Positions 1-12,455 of a stretch of DNA of 64,000 bases are shown here, piece by piece. This DNA is from Bispira polyomma (Eukaryota), in assembly GCA_965649765.1 (NCBI GenBank), contig OZ287752.1, forward strand, positions 42,966,001-43,030,000. The letters are read 5' to 3'. The notes beneath the pieces were generated by a model. That model was not told where the DNA came from. It ran no database searches and saw only the letters and a program-made list of their open reading frames with translations. The translations under genes were made by a program, and so were the position numbers. Numbering within the stretch: position 1 is the stretch's first letter; each line of letters begins with the position of its first letter.

Positions 1-291
1 AAACAGTTTGGTCACAGCTTTGCTTTTGATGCTCCCATTGTTTGGAATGGTCTTCCTGATGTGATTCGTGCTTCCCCCTCACTAGCCTGTTTTAGAAAGA
101 AGCTTAAAACCCACTTGTACACTAAAGCATATCCACCTTAGTCTCAATCATCCCCCGGCGCGCTCTATGTTGCTGACCATTTTTCTGTCCCTTGATTTTG
201 GAAATTGGATAACTGTCTTTTGTGCTGGTGCGCCTTAGAGTCCCCTTTGTTAAGGGGAGATTAAGCGCAATAAAAGTCTAATTACAATTAC
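1..291 (+). mobile_element. L2-clade LINE, 3' end (ORF2 C-terminus, 3' UTR and tail)
   Basis: Frame 1 reads KQFGHSFAFDAPIVWNGLPDVIRASPSLACFRKKLKTHLYTKAYPP* (stop 139-141), typical of an L2/CR1-group ORF2 end. Followed by GCGC...TCCCCTT-tgtt-AAGGGGA hairpin...GCGC and an (ATTACA)-like tail. Confidence 0.8.
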
Positions 292-838
292 ACTATCAAT
301 ACATTAACATTAAAACCCACTGCTCCAAGTTTTAGACTATAAGTATGTTAACATTAAAACCCATTACTCCAAACCTTAGACTATAAGTATGTTAACTTTA
401 AAACCCACTGCTCCAAGCATAAAACTATAAATAGGTTACCAATAAACCCACTGCTCCAAGCCTTAGACCATCAATACATTAACATTAAGACCCACTGCTA
501 CAAGCTTTAGACTGACTATCGGTATATAAACATTAAGACCTACCGCTCCAAGCCTTAGACTATAAGTACTGTAACATTAAATCCCACCGCTCCTAACCTT
601 GGACTATTAGTGTATTAACATTAAGATCCACTGCTCTAAGCCTTGGGCTATAAGTATGTTAACATTAAAACCTATTACTCCAAGCCTTAGACTATCAATA
701 TGTTAACATTAAAACCCACAGCTCCATACCTTAGACTATAAGTACGTTAAGATTAACACCCACTTCTCCTGTCCTTAGACTATCAATATGTTAACATTAA
801 AACCCATTGCTGCAAGCCTTAGACTATATGTATGTTAC
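292..838. repeat. Minisatellite, 44-bp unit, ~12 copies
   Basis: Unit TTAACATTAAAACCCACTGCTCCAAGCCTTAGACTATAAGTATG with substitutions. Confidence 0.92.
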
Positions 839-966
839 CAGTGGTCACGGCAATCATGCCATTAAACCAAACCTGTTGGCCCCTCACAGACTCACAGTAA
901 TTCTAAACTGGCCACTGTATATAGTATGTTACTAATAATTATTCTTTAATAAAAATATGGATATTA

Positions 967-1066
967 GTGGAGACTTCACCTCCCCCCACACTTAGGGTGG
1001 TGGGGATTTCTCCTGGTGGGGACTTCACTGGTGGGGACTTCACCTGGTGGGGACTTCTCCGTACAC
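967..1066. mobile_element. Terminus of a non-autonomous DNA transposon with ~16-bp subterminal repeats
   Basis: (GGTGGGGACTTCACCT)n ending in CTCCGTACAC. The reverse complement resembles the termini at 5296 and 34947. Confidence 0.45.
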
Positions 1067-2215
1067 TGTATGTAATGCATATCATATTCTCTTTTTAGTT
1101 ATGTACACCACTTTGCGTGGTAGGTAACAGTTACCAAAGTTACTCCTTCCATACTTATGTATTAGTTGTTTTTATTAGTAACATGTTTAGCAAGTACATA
1201 TCACTTGCATATCCATGTATTACTTGTGTTTTTAGTAACATTTTATCAACTAGTAACTGTTACCAACGTGACATCTTGTGTTTTCATGTGTTATTCGTTT
1301 TATCACTGTCTTACTTCAATATCTAGTCATGTGTAATAGGAGCCTTTTATTTTGTATTATTGTACAGTAGTAGTATGGTGTAAAATGTATGTTACTAATA
1401 ATACTAAAAATCTTGTGTCAATACAATTTAATACAATATATTGTGTAGGATATGAAATGTGTCAGTACAATATAATACATTGTGTTGGAATACAATAAAT
1501 TGCCCAAAGGTGTTCTTACTTAAATTTGTTGCTCAGTCCACAACCACAATTAGGGTGTTCTCTCTTACTTTCCCCCCTTTGACCTTCAACTGGACCTTGA
1601 CTAATATTAATTACGTTCGTAGGTATAATAAATGGACATCAAATATCCAATAAAAAAGAGCTGTTCCTCATATACCATGATTTTTTATGTTAAAGAAAGA
1701 GCAAATTACTACCTTGTTGAAATCTTTACATACCGCTTATTCAGTTTGATTAGTAAAATATAATACTTTGAACTATAATAGTTTAAATGGATAATAATTT
1801 AGAAAAAAAATAACAAAATAGTTAATTATAAATTCCCCATTTCTTTGAACAGACGTGAGCAATTTGTTAAATAAAAAATAAAAAGAGGTTACAACTCAGA
1901 TATCAATTAATCACCCAATTCCTTGAAGGAGTCTTTGTTCAGCCCTGAATGGCAAAGATAAATGAACAAACATATGGTTCAAGAATCAAGAGCTTGTTTG
2001 TACAACAAAGAATGGGACTAAATGGCCTTTGCCCGCCACCCTACCCCTCCCCCTTTAATGTTTGGCCCTCCCTTATCGATGAAACTCTAACCCCATGAAA
2101 ACTCCCAAGAGAATGCACTGCCAACTAGCAGCTCACCAGTGATTGGTGGAGAGCCCTTCACAGTGAAGCGTTAAATTACTTCTAAATTAGCAAGTCCTAC
2201 AATGCACTGCTACCG

Positions 2216-2249
2216 AAGAGAGAGAGAGAGAGAGAGAGAGTGAGAGAGT
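2216..2249. repeat. (GA)n microsatellite
   Basis: Direct GA repeat with two GT interruptions. Confidence 0.9.
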
Positions 2250-5200
2250 GCTAACCCCCATGGTCTCGGGAAGTTCTCTAAGAAGTCTCACGAGACTCCT
2301 TAAGATCTCCCACAGCCGTGACGAGAAGGTTAACGAGAGCTGCTCAATCAAGTGTGCCCCAAACAGGCCTCCGTTTCGGCACCAATAGGCGGAAAATGAG
2401 ACTAGGGGCCCTTCATCGGGAATGCTTAATGTGGGCAGAATGGATCCAACATTGAGTTCCTTTCATTTAAAGCTACTCCCATGTGATGCCATATTAAGGC
2501 CGATCAGATTGCTGGATGCTCATCTAGTTCGATGGTATCAGTGGTGAGCTTTAGCCCCTACTCGTGATAACCACACTGCTTGATGAGGAGATTACTGTAA
2601 ACATGGACATTTTCATTATCAATTTATTGGAGCTGTTTTGGTCAATGACTTGGAGACAGTGCAAATTTACACCCCTTTGTGAAAACGTGAACTTGTATTG
2701 CCATTTAACAACAAAAACAGTCAACAGTTTCAATTAATTCCAGTAAAATTGTTTAGTAAAGTTTTCTTCCAGCTAAGTTTACAACTTGTCGAGTATCTGG
2801 TATTAATTAGAGGTGGTTCGTACTTCACTAATAGATTGTCCTCCCTATCACAAGTTGCCAAATCTATTCATGTCAATATCTGGATTAATTTTAATAAATA
2901 AATCAGCCTGACATCCTTACCATTAGAATCCATTTTTTCCACAGCAAACAAAATTAAATATTAGTAGCTCGCCCTGGTATCAGCCTCCTCTGTTTTACCA
3001 AACATCTCTCTTGAATAAGATAGCATGTGGCTTTGCTATTGAGGCAGACCACAATTCTACAGAATTAAAAAAGGTGGGCGATGAATGAGGATTTCTAAGC
3101 CTGGTGATCATAGCCCTGGTCAAAGATAAAGATGGTAATCCCCCCTAACAACTCCAAAGGAAATGTGCTTACTAAAACAGACATATTGCCCTTTTCTACC
3201 AATTTCTGCTAAGTGATGGATAGGCGCTTTTAACCCCATACTTGAAGAAAATCACGCCCTAAATTTATAAGCAGGCTTAATGCAAGATAATGCCACGAAT
3301 CCCCTTGAGTCTAATTCGCGGGATTTTAATCGGCAGGTAAAAATGAAATATGACAGTAATGAAGTCATCCCATTTGATGTTATAGCCCTTAAAATGGATC
3401 ACCTCTCAAGGGGGAAATCTGATCAGAGAGAGGGATGGGGCTTTAGAGGGGTTCTTAGTAGATGGGGGCTGTTACACGAATTAGCTATAATAAGACCAAA
3501 TTGCGTGTTTCCAAACACTAGATGCCCGGGTCACGTGTTGGTTGGCAATCCGTCAAGGAACTAATTCCCACTGAGATGTTCAGGGGGGAAAAGAAATGGA
3601 AGGCTAGCTTTGGCTCTGGGCTCACTTATAAAACCTGGTTAGGCTTATTAGGGTTGGTTAAGTGTGTTTACAAAATGAGGAGATATAACAGCCTCGAGAC
3701 AAAAGGCGCCACAGAGATTTGGAGACCACGTGACCTCTGACTACGTTATACGATTACATGTCACACAAAAGTGACCCCAAAAACCAGTTGCATTAACAGA
3801 GTCGGTGTCATGTTAAACTGGAAATAGGGTTTATGAAATGGTCCTTTTGTGTGTGTATATTTAGTTTTGAATAAATAACAAGAAACTGGTTACAAAAACA
3901 TGTTCTGTTAGAGATGGCTGATTATAGGTGTATATGAGAGCTGCAGACGTCCCTTTGAGCTGTAGTCAGAACTGGTAACAAACTAGTTTAGTTGACAAGT
4001 GTACTATGTATATGGTGAGAACAGTGTAACGACTCAGCAGTGGAACAAGTGTTAGCACCTTGCACAGTTAGCAGAATAAATCATAATCATGCAGAATGTG
4101 GGGCAAAACTCAAAAAGACAACGCCTCCCCTAAAAGTTCAACAGAAAAAAAAAAAATAAAATAAAATAAAAAATATATATCAATACGAAATAAATAAAAA
4201 TTAAAATGATAGAATAAAATCTTAGGCATTGAACCTGCAAACTACAATCATTTAAGAAATTTTATTTATGTGTCTAACCAGAACATGCAAAGAAAATCTA
4301 CGACGTACAATTTAAATGAAACACAACTTTTACCACGAAATTCTTTGTACAAAAATGCTTTTATTATTTTCTTTTATAGTGTCAAAAATGTCTTGGTAGT
4401 CTATATTTAAATCAATAATATCACTATTTGGGTTTTGTAAATAATAAATATAAAGACTAAACACCAACATGTAAAAGTATTCGAGTTTGGGTTCTGTTAA
4501 AGAATATAACACTAACAGGTTGAAACTTTGAAATAAAAACAGCAGGAACTTAATAACATGTAATATATTACATTTAATAAGTCATATATGCTCTTTACAT
4601 AAATTATACATACATGTATATTATAATCGGCGTACCAATACTAATTATATGGCATTACCTGCACATCATGAAATATCTAGGCCAGTGTGGAAGATGACAT
4701 TTTAAATATTTTTTAAATATGAGCCTAAGTTGCATAGTTAGCGTTGGTCGTTTTTTGTATACACAGTGCACATCATGAAATATCTAGGCCATGAATGTTC
4801 TTAAGTTTTTTGAATATGTAAATTAAAACCAGTTTGGGAATTTATTTCCAAATATTTGTTTATTTACTATATTTCTGTATATAGACGGAAATCTAAAATA
4901 AAGATGAAGTCTATCTTGTTTTCAATATTTTGTCCAGCGGCATATTACATATTTTTCTTTGAAATTTAAACAAAATATTTTCGCAAATAAGTTTACACGT
5001 ATGCTGTTGTTTTTATTTAGCAATATTCCTTAATATGGTAGTCCACATTGTTTTGAAATATTTGTATTGCCCCATTTACTTATTGGAGGTATGGGAGGCG
5101 GTACCAGGCAACAGCAGAAGGTACTGTACTCTTTCCGCCAGTCATAAATTGTCTCTGAGCCACTCTACTATTTATAATATAAAATGACATTTGAAGCTTA

Positions 5201-5295
5201 CAAAGCCTGAAAAAAATCTATATTTTTGTCATATAATTTATACAAATCTATTGCATATATGAATAATAAATAAAATATTTGTGCATATTCTATCT

Positions 5296-5420
5296 GGTGT
5301 GCGGACAAAATGCTGGTGGACAAAAATACCAGTCAAATTTGCAAAAGTGGACATAATGCGTCCGGTTTTTGGGGTAGGTAGACAAAATGCTGGTATTGTC
5401 CAAGTGGTTACTTTTCATTT
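5296..5420. mobile_element. Left terminus of a non-autonomous DNA transposon with subterminal repeats
   Basis: GGTGTGCGGACAAAATGCTGGTGGACAAAAATACC; the GGACAAAATGC motif recurs at ~5349 and ~5381. Confidence 0.45.
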
Positions 5421-5729
5421 TATACAGTGTCCTATTCCATTCAAACAATTTTCTATGGATATACCTTGCCACAAATGCACTGTTGTGGTTAGTGATCATC
5501 ACATTTGCAGACTTATGGAAACGAACCCACACCCTCTGCCACATAGTGCAATGTTTATGCCAAATACTGTCAAGTTTGTGACACGAATCGTCACTTTTAA
5601 CAAAAATGGAGAAACTCCAAAAACTGCAATGGAAAATCTTCAAATCCTCAGTTATTGAAGCGTTACCGAAACATTTCCAAATATTCCAACACATTTTTTC
5701 ATGACACTTTTAGAGCAGTGATTCCTAAT

Positions 5730-6070
5730 CTCTGTGGCCTAATGGTTAGTGTGTCGCACTTTGGAGCTTAGGTATCTTGAGAGCCATGGTTCAATCAGCG
5801 TCTGCAGGCCTGGAGATTGTACCCTTGGAGAAGGTGCTTTACACAAAGTTGTTCCTATCTACCCAGGTATATAAATGGGTACCTGGCCGCCAATGGGGGT
5901 TAGTTTTTGTGCGCTGCATGTGGCAGCACAGCTAGTATGCTCCCTGAGGGAGCTGACACTTAACAATTGGTTGACAAGTGAAATAACCCAGGCTAGGGTA
6001 ATAATGTCAAAGCACATTTGATAACAGTGATGTTGGAAGTGCGCTATATTGAATTGAACAATTATTATTG
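5730..6070 (+). mobile_element. tRNA-derived SINE with CORE-like central domain and L2-type tail
   Basis: A box TGGCCTAATGG (5735-5745); degenerate B box GGTTCAATC; CORE-like GTACCCTTGGAGAAGGTGCTTTAC...CCCAGGTATATAAATGGGTACC; tail AAGCACATTTGA...GTGCGCTATA followed by (ATT)n. Confidence 0.75.
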
Positions 6071-6269
6071 TTTGTGGCAATGAGACATAGGTAAAAGTTA
6101 ACACATCATTTATGTGCAACTGTGAACTTTGAAGGTCATAAAGGGAAAGCCTTCATCATTTAAAAAGTATACAAAAACATGTGTTTGATCTTGGATATGT
6201 AATTGAAAAGCAAATATGTTAATTCTTGGTTTGGTCTATCAGACTCGGTTCTTCAATGGATTGAATCTT

Positions 6270-7405
6270 ATCTAGATCGCTGTAATCAAATCATCAGGGT
6301 CAACGAATCTGTCATCTACTTCTGATCTTCCGTCCGTTGTCCCCTAGGGTTCTGTCCTTGGGCCCCTTCTGTTTTTACTGTACAGAGCTCCACTTCGAAA
6401 AGTAATATCCTCGCACCACAATATCACTATTAAGCAGATGATACACAAAGCTACTGCTCGCTCAACCCCTAAAATTGTTCCCAGGTCCCAGAACAGCTAT
6501 TTAGTTGTCTTACAAAAATTGAATCTTGGATGAACTATTTTAAATTGAAATTGATCGGTAACAAACCATAATTTCTACTTATTGGCTTCAAACATCAGAT
6601 GAAAAAGATTCTAAATTTCTTTCCTACAAATCCTTTTGGTAACAACACTCTTCCTGCAGACAGTGGCAAAAATATGGGAGTCACTTTTGACTCAGATTTC
6701 GCCTTCAAAATTTTTTTCCAACATATGTCAATCCTATTACTGAAACATCCGTGACTTGTGCAGAATTTGTTGGCACCTAAGTCAGGAAAATGCTATTGCA
6801 GTTGCAAATGCCCTGTTGTCAAGTTAACTTGACTACTGCAACTCACTACTGTATGGACTTGGACAGGGGGAAATAAACAAGCTACAAAAAATCAAAACAA
6901 CCTATGCATAATTGTATGTCATGCTGGTCCTCACTTACATACAACACTTCTGTGAAAAAATGCACTGGCTGCCAATTGAATTCTGTATTAATTTCAAGGT
7001 AATTGTCCTCATTTGTACGAATGTCTATGTGCAGCAATCTGCCTACTTTATATGTACTTGCAGCTGTTTTACCAGAGGAAATCGTCTCTCCATCTCTGGC
7101 TTCTTACCCACAAAACTGGCTGGTTTAAAATCATTCAAAGTTGCAGCACCTGGGGAGTGGAATGCTCCCCCCTTCTGGTTTTCGCACTGAGACAAGTATT
7201 ACACGTTTCAGTAAAAAGCTCAAACACATCTGTACAAACTTGGTTTTTCACCTTAACATTGGTCTCCTGGTCACGGCTGAACTCTGATCACGAACCTTTT
7301 GTCCTATTGGACTATTTTTTTGCATACTGATTGGGATATGCACCACAGAGGATAACTGATCATTGATTGTGGGGCTATAGAAGTAAAAACATTAACATTA
7401 AAACA
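6270..7405 (+). mobile_element. Degenerate 5'-truncated L2-clade LINE (RT remnant to 3' tail)
   Basis: Fragmented RT motifs in order: VP*GSVLGPLLFLLY, *ADDTQ, LLSS*LDYCNSLLYGL, MHWLPIEFCINFK, SFKVAAPGEWN. Multiple stops and frameshifts; ends in an (ACATTA)n-like tail. Confidence 0.85.
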
Positions 7406-10065
7406 ATATTGGGGGACTGTAACTTCAGTGGTAACAATGAAGTTCAGTTGTATGCCAATGTATTGCTATGGGCTGTATTGACAAAAGGCCTTAGTCTTAT
7501 CTGAGTCTTAAGCTTAACATTTATGTCTAAAATATTTCAGACTGCCTACTGTTAGTCTTAATGTTAAGAGCAAAGTTAACACTAAAACCAAAGATCTTCA
7601 GTGTTAAAATGACTCAAATGTTTGTGACGAGAGGAGTGGTGTAGTTTTCATGTTATAACTTTAATTAAAATTGCATAGATTCTGCCAATGTTGATGTGTG
7701 TCCTGCCCATCCTGGTCCCCTGTTCTAGTGTTTTAGTTAATTGTGTGTTGGGCTCAGCTCCTTTTATTCCTACCAATTAGAATTGTAGTTTGATGTTGTT
7801 TATTAATAATACTAAAATTACTTATATGTCGTGTTATTGTAAAAATTCCACCTTTCAGGTCCCACACTTATGGTATTGCCAAAATGATAGCTCATTCAAC
7901 TGTAAGCTAAGTTTTCTTTAATCTTGTATAATTCTATCTTCCTCTCAAGTAAAATTGTATTTGTTTAGCAGATTACAGAATGCATTTGGTGAAGAGTTGT
8001 CAATAGTTCTTTTAGGGTTTTTTACCAAAACTGATTTGCAAATTTTCTCCAAAGGCTACAACATGTGGTAGGACCTTTCACCACAGATTTAATATTGCTT
8101 TGTGTTTTTCTCCATAAGGTATTTTCTCTATCTACCATGAGGTAAGTCTATATTAATGGGACGTTCTCTACTGTTCAACAATTGATGGTCCACCATCGTT
8201 TACCAGACGGTCAGTTCACCTGGTAGACCGTTTACCTAATGCAGGTCGTGGTCATTTTGCAAGGATTCCTAATTCTAAAGGTGCTGTAGTTTGCAGGTGT
8301 GTTCTATTCTTAGAGTTCTTTCATGTTCATTATTCACCATGAACAAAACACTTCATAACCTTCCCTTGTTATCAGCATGCTTATTACTACTATAGTAGTT
8401 ATAACAGTGTATTCTACTCAATCTGAAAGAAATGGACACAATAGACAATACACATGTTATAATTAGAAAGGACATCATTGATTTCACGGCTCATTATTAT
8501 TGACTGAATAATTAAAACAAAAAGACAACAGGTAATTATACAGCTTAGAAATTGCGGTAACGAGACAAAAGTCAGCTGACGCACTGATTGGTGTTGCTAT
8601 GGTGATTCTATTTATATGTAGAGTGTGAGTAATTAAGTGACGGGAAATGGCCGCTACTTATGAAGATTGGGAGGGCAGGATTCCTCTATTAAAAGAATCT
8701 GCTTTAATCAGTCTCCCCTTGTGTAGTGTTGTCCACTCACAGCTTGGAGTGTGACTGTCTACTGCACACTGTCCCCAACATCAAAGACACAGCCCCTCAA
8801 CCCCCACCACCTCATTGTCTCTTCAACCCCTGCGTCTTGGAAGTTTCTTAGCATCTTTTAGTAAATTGCACACACCCCGTCCTTTCTCCTCCTCCCCTAT
8901 TTACTGGTGCTACATGGGAGGGCAGTATTGTTATCAGTTGTAGCAGGGTCATCAAACAGGGTCTAGTGAGACAATTGTGTGATGCGGCTTGCCCCCCTAC
9001 CTACCATCTTACTCTTTACATAATAGCTGATAGGTGGGGAGGGGGAGAGGTCCTTCTGCCCTGGCTGTCTTCACAGTACTAGCACCAACACCCCAATACC
9101 CCCCGTCATCTGATGTATTAAGAAGGCAGAATGAAGTGCTATCGTCCTGATTGATACTAATAACTGGTGTGTGCCGAAGCCCACTGCTCCCTCATTATTA
9201 CACACATCTGTCGTAGGCTCGAGGTAATTACAAAATTACACTCCACACTTCACTGTTGGCTCTTCACTTTATGTCTATAATGGCTTGTTTGGATACCAAG
9301 CTTTTGTGTTATATCCATAAAAAGAGTTAAAACCCCTCCTCCAATAAAAGGGCTATTACAAGCTACAAAATAAAAGGCTGTACTAACTAATAGCCCTTAA
9401 CTAAATTAAATGTTTTCTACTCAAAGCTACTACTGATATAATGCTTTCTTATGAGTAACTAAACTGCTTTTCCGGAGATCTGATTGACCGAAATTAATAG
9501 ACCTCATTACTAATCAAATATACCAAGTAGTGTTCCAAAACAATTCATATGACAAAGTAGTTTCTGTAATTTACTATTTTTTTCATATTCGATAGGCTGT
9601 ATTTAATGTCAAATATATTGGGACTTGCGCTGATCCTGAATGTGCTCCAACTAAAGCAAATGACATAAAAATCTCAAATAAGCCAAGGAAAACAACATCA
9701 AGTCCTATTTGTGGGTTTAATGACATGGAATCAATGATGAGTAAGAATAATAGATATATAAGTTCTAGTTGTGGTAGTTGGTTTTGTCCCTTTTGGTACA
9801 TCCATGGCCTAATGGCCCATAATTAAAACCAAGCTTAACCCTTACCGTACAAAGTTAAAATATCTGTTTTGAAATGGACTTTCGCCTTATTTCCCTTTTA
9901 CTGAATCGTAATATAATTTTAATTCCATGTTATCTACATATTATGTTTAGAGACAGACATATATATGTATGGTAACATTCAAGTTTGAATAAAGCCCATG
10001 GGGAGCATAACTTTCGTAAAATCGTTAACTCTATTAAAAGTTAAGATACTGGGTTTAAGGATGAT

Positions 10066-10205
10066 CCCAGTATCACTAAAGTATCTGACTAACTTTAATT
10101 AATATCCAATTACCACTAAAGTATCTAACTGAATTTAATGATTATCCCAGTACTAAAGTATCTAACTGAATTTAATGATTATCCCAATACCACTAAAGTA
10201 AATAA
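10066..10205. repeat. Short tandem repeat, ~40-bp unit, ~3.5 copies
   Basis: ACTAAAGTATCTAACTGAATTTAATGATTATCCCA(G/A)TACC repeated. Confidence 0.8.
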
Positions 10206-11989
10206 CTTTTAATAAAGTCTGAAAATGCAGATGTTGTTGGTACTTAGCTTATTAAGATTCCCACCCAGTCTATTATGTAACTCAGTACTCACAAATTGAA
10301 CTGATTGAAATGTTTTGATGACCAAAAGGAATCAATTAGTTCAGTAGCCTCACCCAACATGAAACTCACTATAATATAATCTGTGTGAAGACTGTATGAC
10401 GTAAGTTCCCATTAAGATTAACTGGTATTTTATGGCCTTCAAGAAAACCGTCCACTTTTATACAGAATTGCATTGAAATACACAAGAGCTGTACATTTCT
10501 TTTGGGTTAGCGCATAAGTAAAGGGTTACTCTAAAACAATTGAAACAGGTTTAGGACATTGACATACAAAGCATCCCAGATTGAGAGGTTGATTTAATGA
10601 GTTGTTTTCTTATATTAATGGTGAGTTAACTCAATGTCCCAGTTTATGGAGTGACATAACCAGTGTCAGAGAAGCATCTTTTTGCTTTGAAGATCACAGG
10701 AGAAGGCAACTGTATTGTGAAGGTCATTTACTTCCTCCCTTCATTTAACAGGGTTTCTGAAAGGTCACGTGTGAGATTTAGTTGTTGTCACTTATAAGTT
10801 AAAACATGAGAAAACTTTATTTTGGACATTAGGTCATTATGGCTGATATGAGGCATTAATATTTTTAATCATTTTAATGAAATAATGTACCTATAGATAT
10901 AAACAAAACTATTTTGGGTCCACCCCTTTTTATGTAAAGTTATATCAAATCACATTAGCCATAAAGGTGACATAAATATGAACGATGGTCAAACCTGTCT
11001 CTATTTCAGCATTCTTTCAGCTTTTCTTTAGCACATGGTAACATGAGAATAGTATGCTGAGGGCATCTCAGGGCATCACACATTTTTTGTTTCACTTTAA
11101 TGTCACTTTCAACAACAATTACCAACTCACAGTTTACTGAGGGAAGTACTACAAGACAGCTGGACAAGGTTTATTTACACTGCAAACCACTATTCTTGAC
11201 TGACAACTTTTGCGGTGATGAGAAGACCACAGAGCTGGGTAAGCCTCAGTCACACTGCCGCAAAAGATGTTCAAGACAATCTACAATGTAATTATAGCCA
11301 AGAACACTGTAGACTATGTGACACCAAAAACCCATACTTACTAATTCTTAGTAAAAGTCACACAGGAATTTTGGTTGCCGATTATTATATGATCAGTTTT
11401 AAGATCTTTATAATACCAGTTTGCGAATATGGACAACCAGTTCAGATTTGTAGGGATTGGTGTTACAAATGTCTTGCGGATGTCTTGTGAATGTAGATAA
11501 GCAAAGAGACGTTGCAGACCACCGTACGTCCATGGCCAATGTTTTAAGGATCATTAAAGATCATTGAACAAAGAATCTATTGTTTGGTGGTAGACGTTGG
11601 TGGTTGGTGACTGGTTATTGTACTTCATGCAAGTAGTTACTGTCACTAATAGCCCATTGCTTGATGAGCGATTTCCGAAAAGTCTCATAAGAAGCTATTG
11701 TTTGTGTTGAAAGTTTGTCACTGCTTATGACACTGCATACGACTAATTATTGTTAATCACCAACTACTCGGCATCTACTCGGGTGTTTTTAACCAATTAA
11801 AGACTACCTGCGGACATTTCAGTTAAGGACAGGGTCACTTGTAAACAGCAAATCCTGGCCACAATCAAAATGGACACATGTCCGACAAAATATTACTTTC
11901 CACAAGTTTTCAAGGACCATTGAAGATGATAACAGACTTTTAACATACTATCATGATATGTAGCAGTGTGACTGGGGCGTTACCTCTAA

Positions 11990-12455
11990 ACCACCAAGTC
12001 ATGGTAATTGTATGGGGAACTGAATAACGTGACAAGTCATGGTTAGATACAGATAGGAATGATATGGGGAACAGAATAATGTAACAAGTCATGGTTAGAT
12101 ACAGGTGGGAAAGGTATGAGGAGAACAGAATAAGGTGACAAGTCAAGGTTAGATACAGGTGGGAATGGTATGAGGACAACAGAATAAGGTGACAAGTCAT
12201 GGTTAGATACAGGTGGGAATGGTATGAGGAGAACAGAATAAGGTGACAAGTCATGGTTAGATACAGGAGGGAATGGTATGAGAAGAACAAAATAAGGTGA
12301 CAAGTCATGGTTAAATACAGGTGGGAATGGTATGAGGAGAACAGAATAAGGTGATAAGTCATGGTTAAATACAGGTGGGAATGGTGCGGAGAACAGAATA
12401 AGGTGACAAGTCATGGTTAAATACAGATGGGAATGGTATGGAGAAAAAAGTAAGG
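11990..12455. repeat. Minisatellite, 54-bp unit, ~8 copies
   Basis: Unit AAGGTGACAAGTCATGGTTAGATACAGGTGGGAATGGTATGAGGAGAACAGAAT; explains the two 18-aa-periodic minus-strand ORFs. Confidence 0.92.

Noticed and set aside
967-1066. NF-kB-like site cluster (GGGGACTTCACC)
   Set aside because: Better explained as subterminal repeats of a DNA transposon end.
5281-5694. Overlapping 125-aa and 134-aa ORFs
   Set aside because: They overlap a transposon terminus; no convincing transposase or other domain motif could be read.
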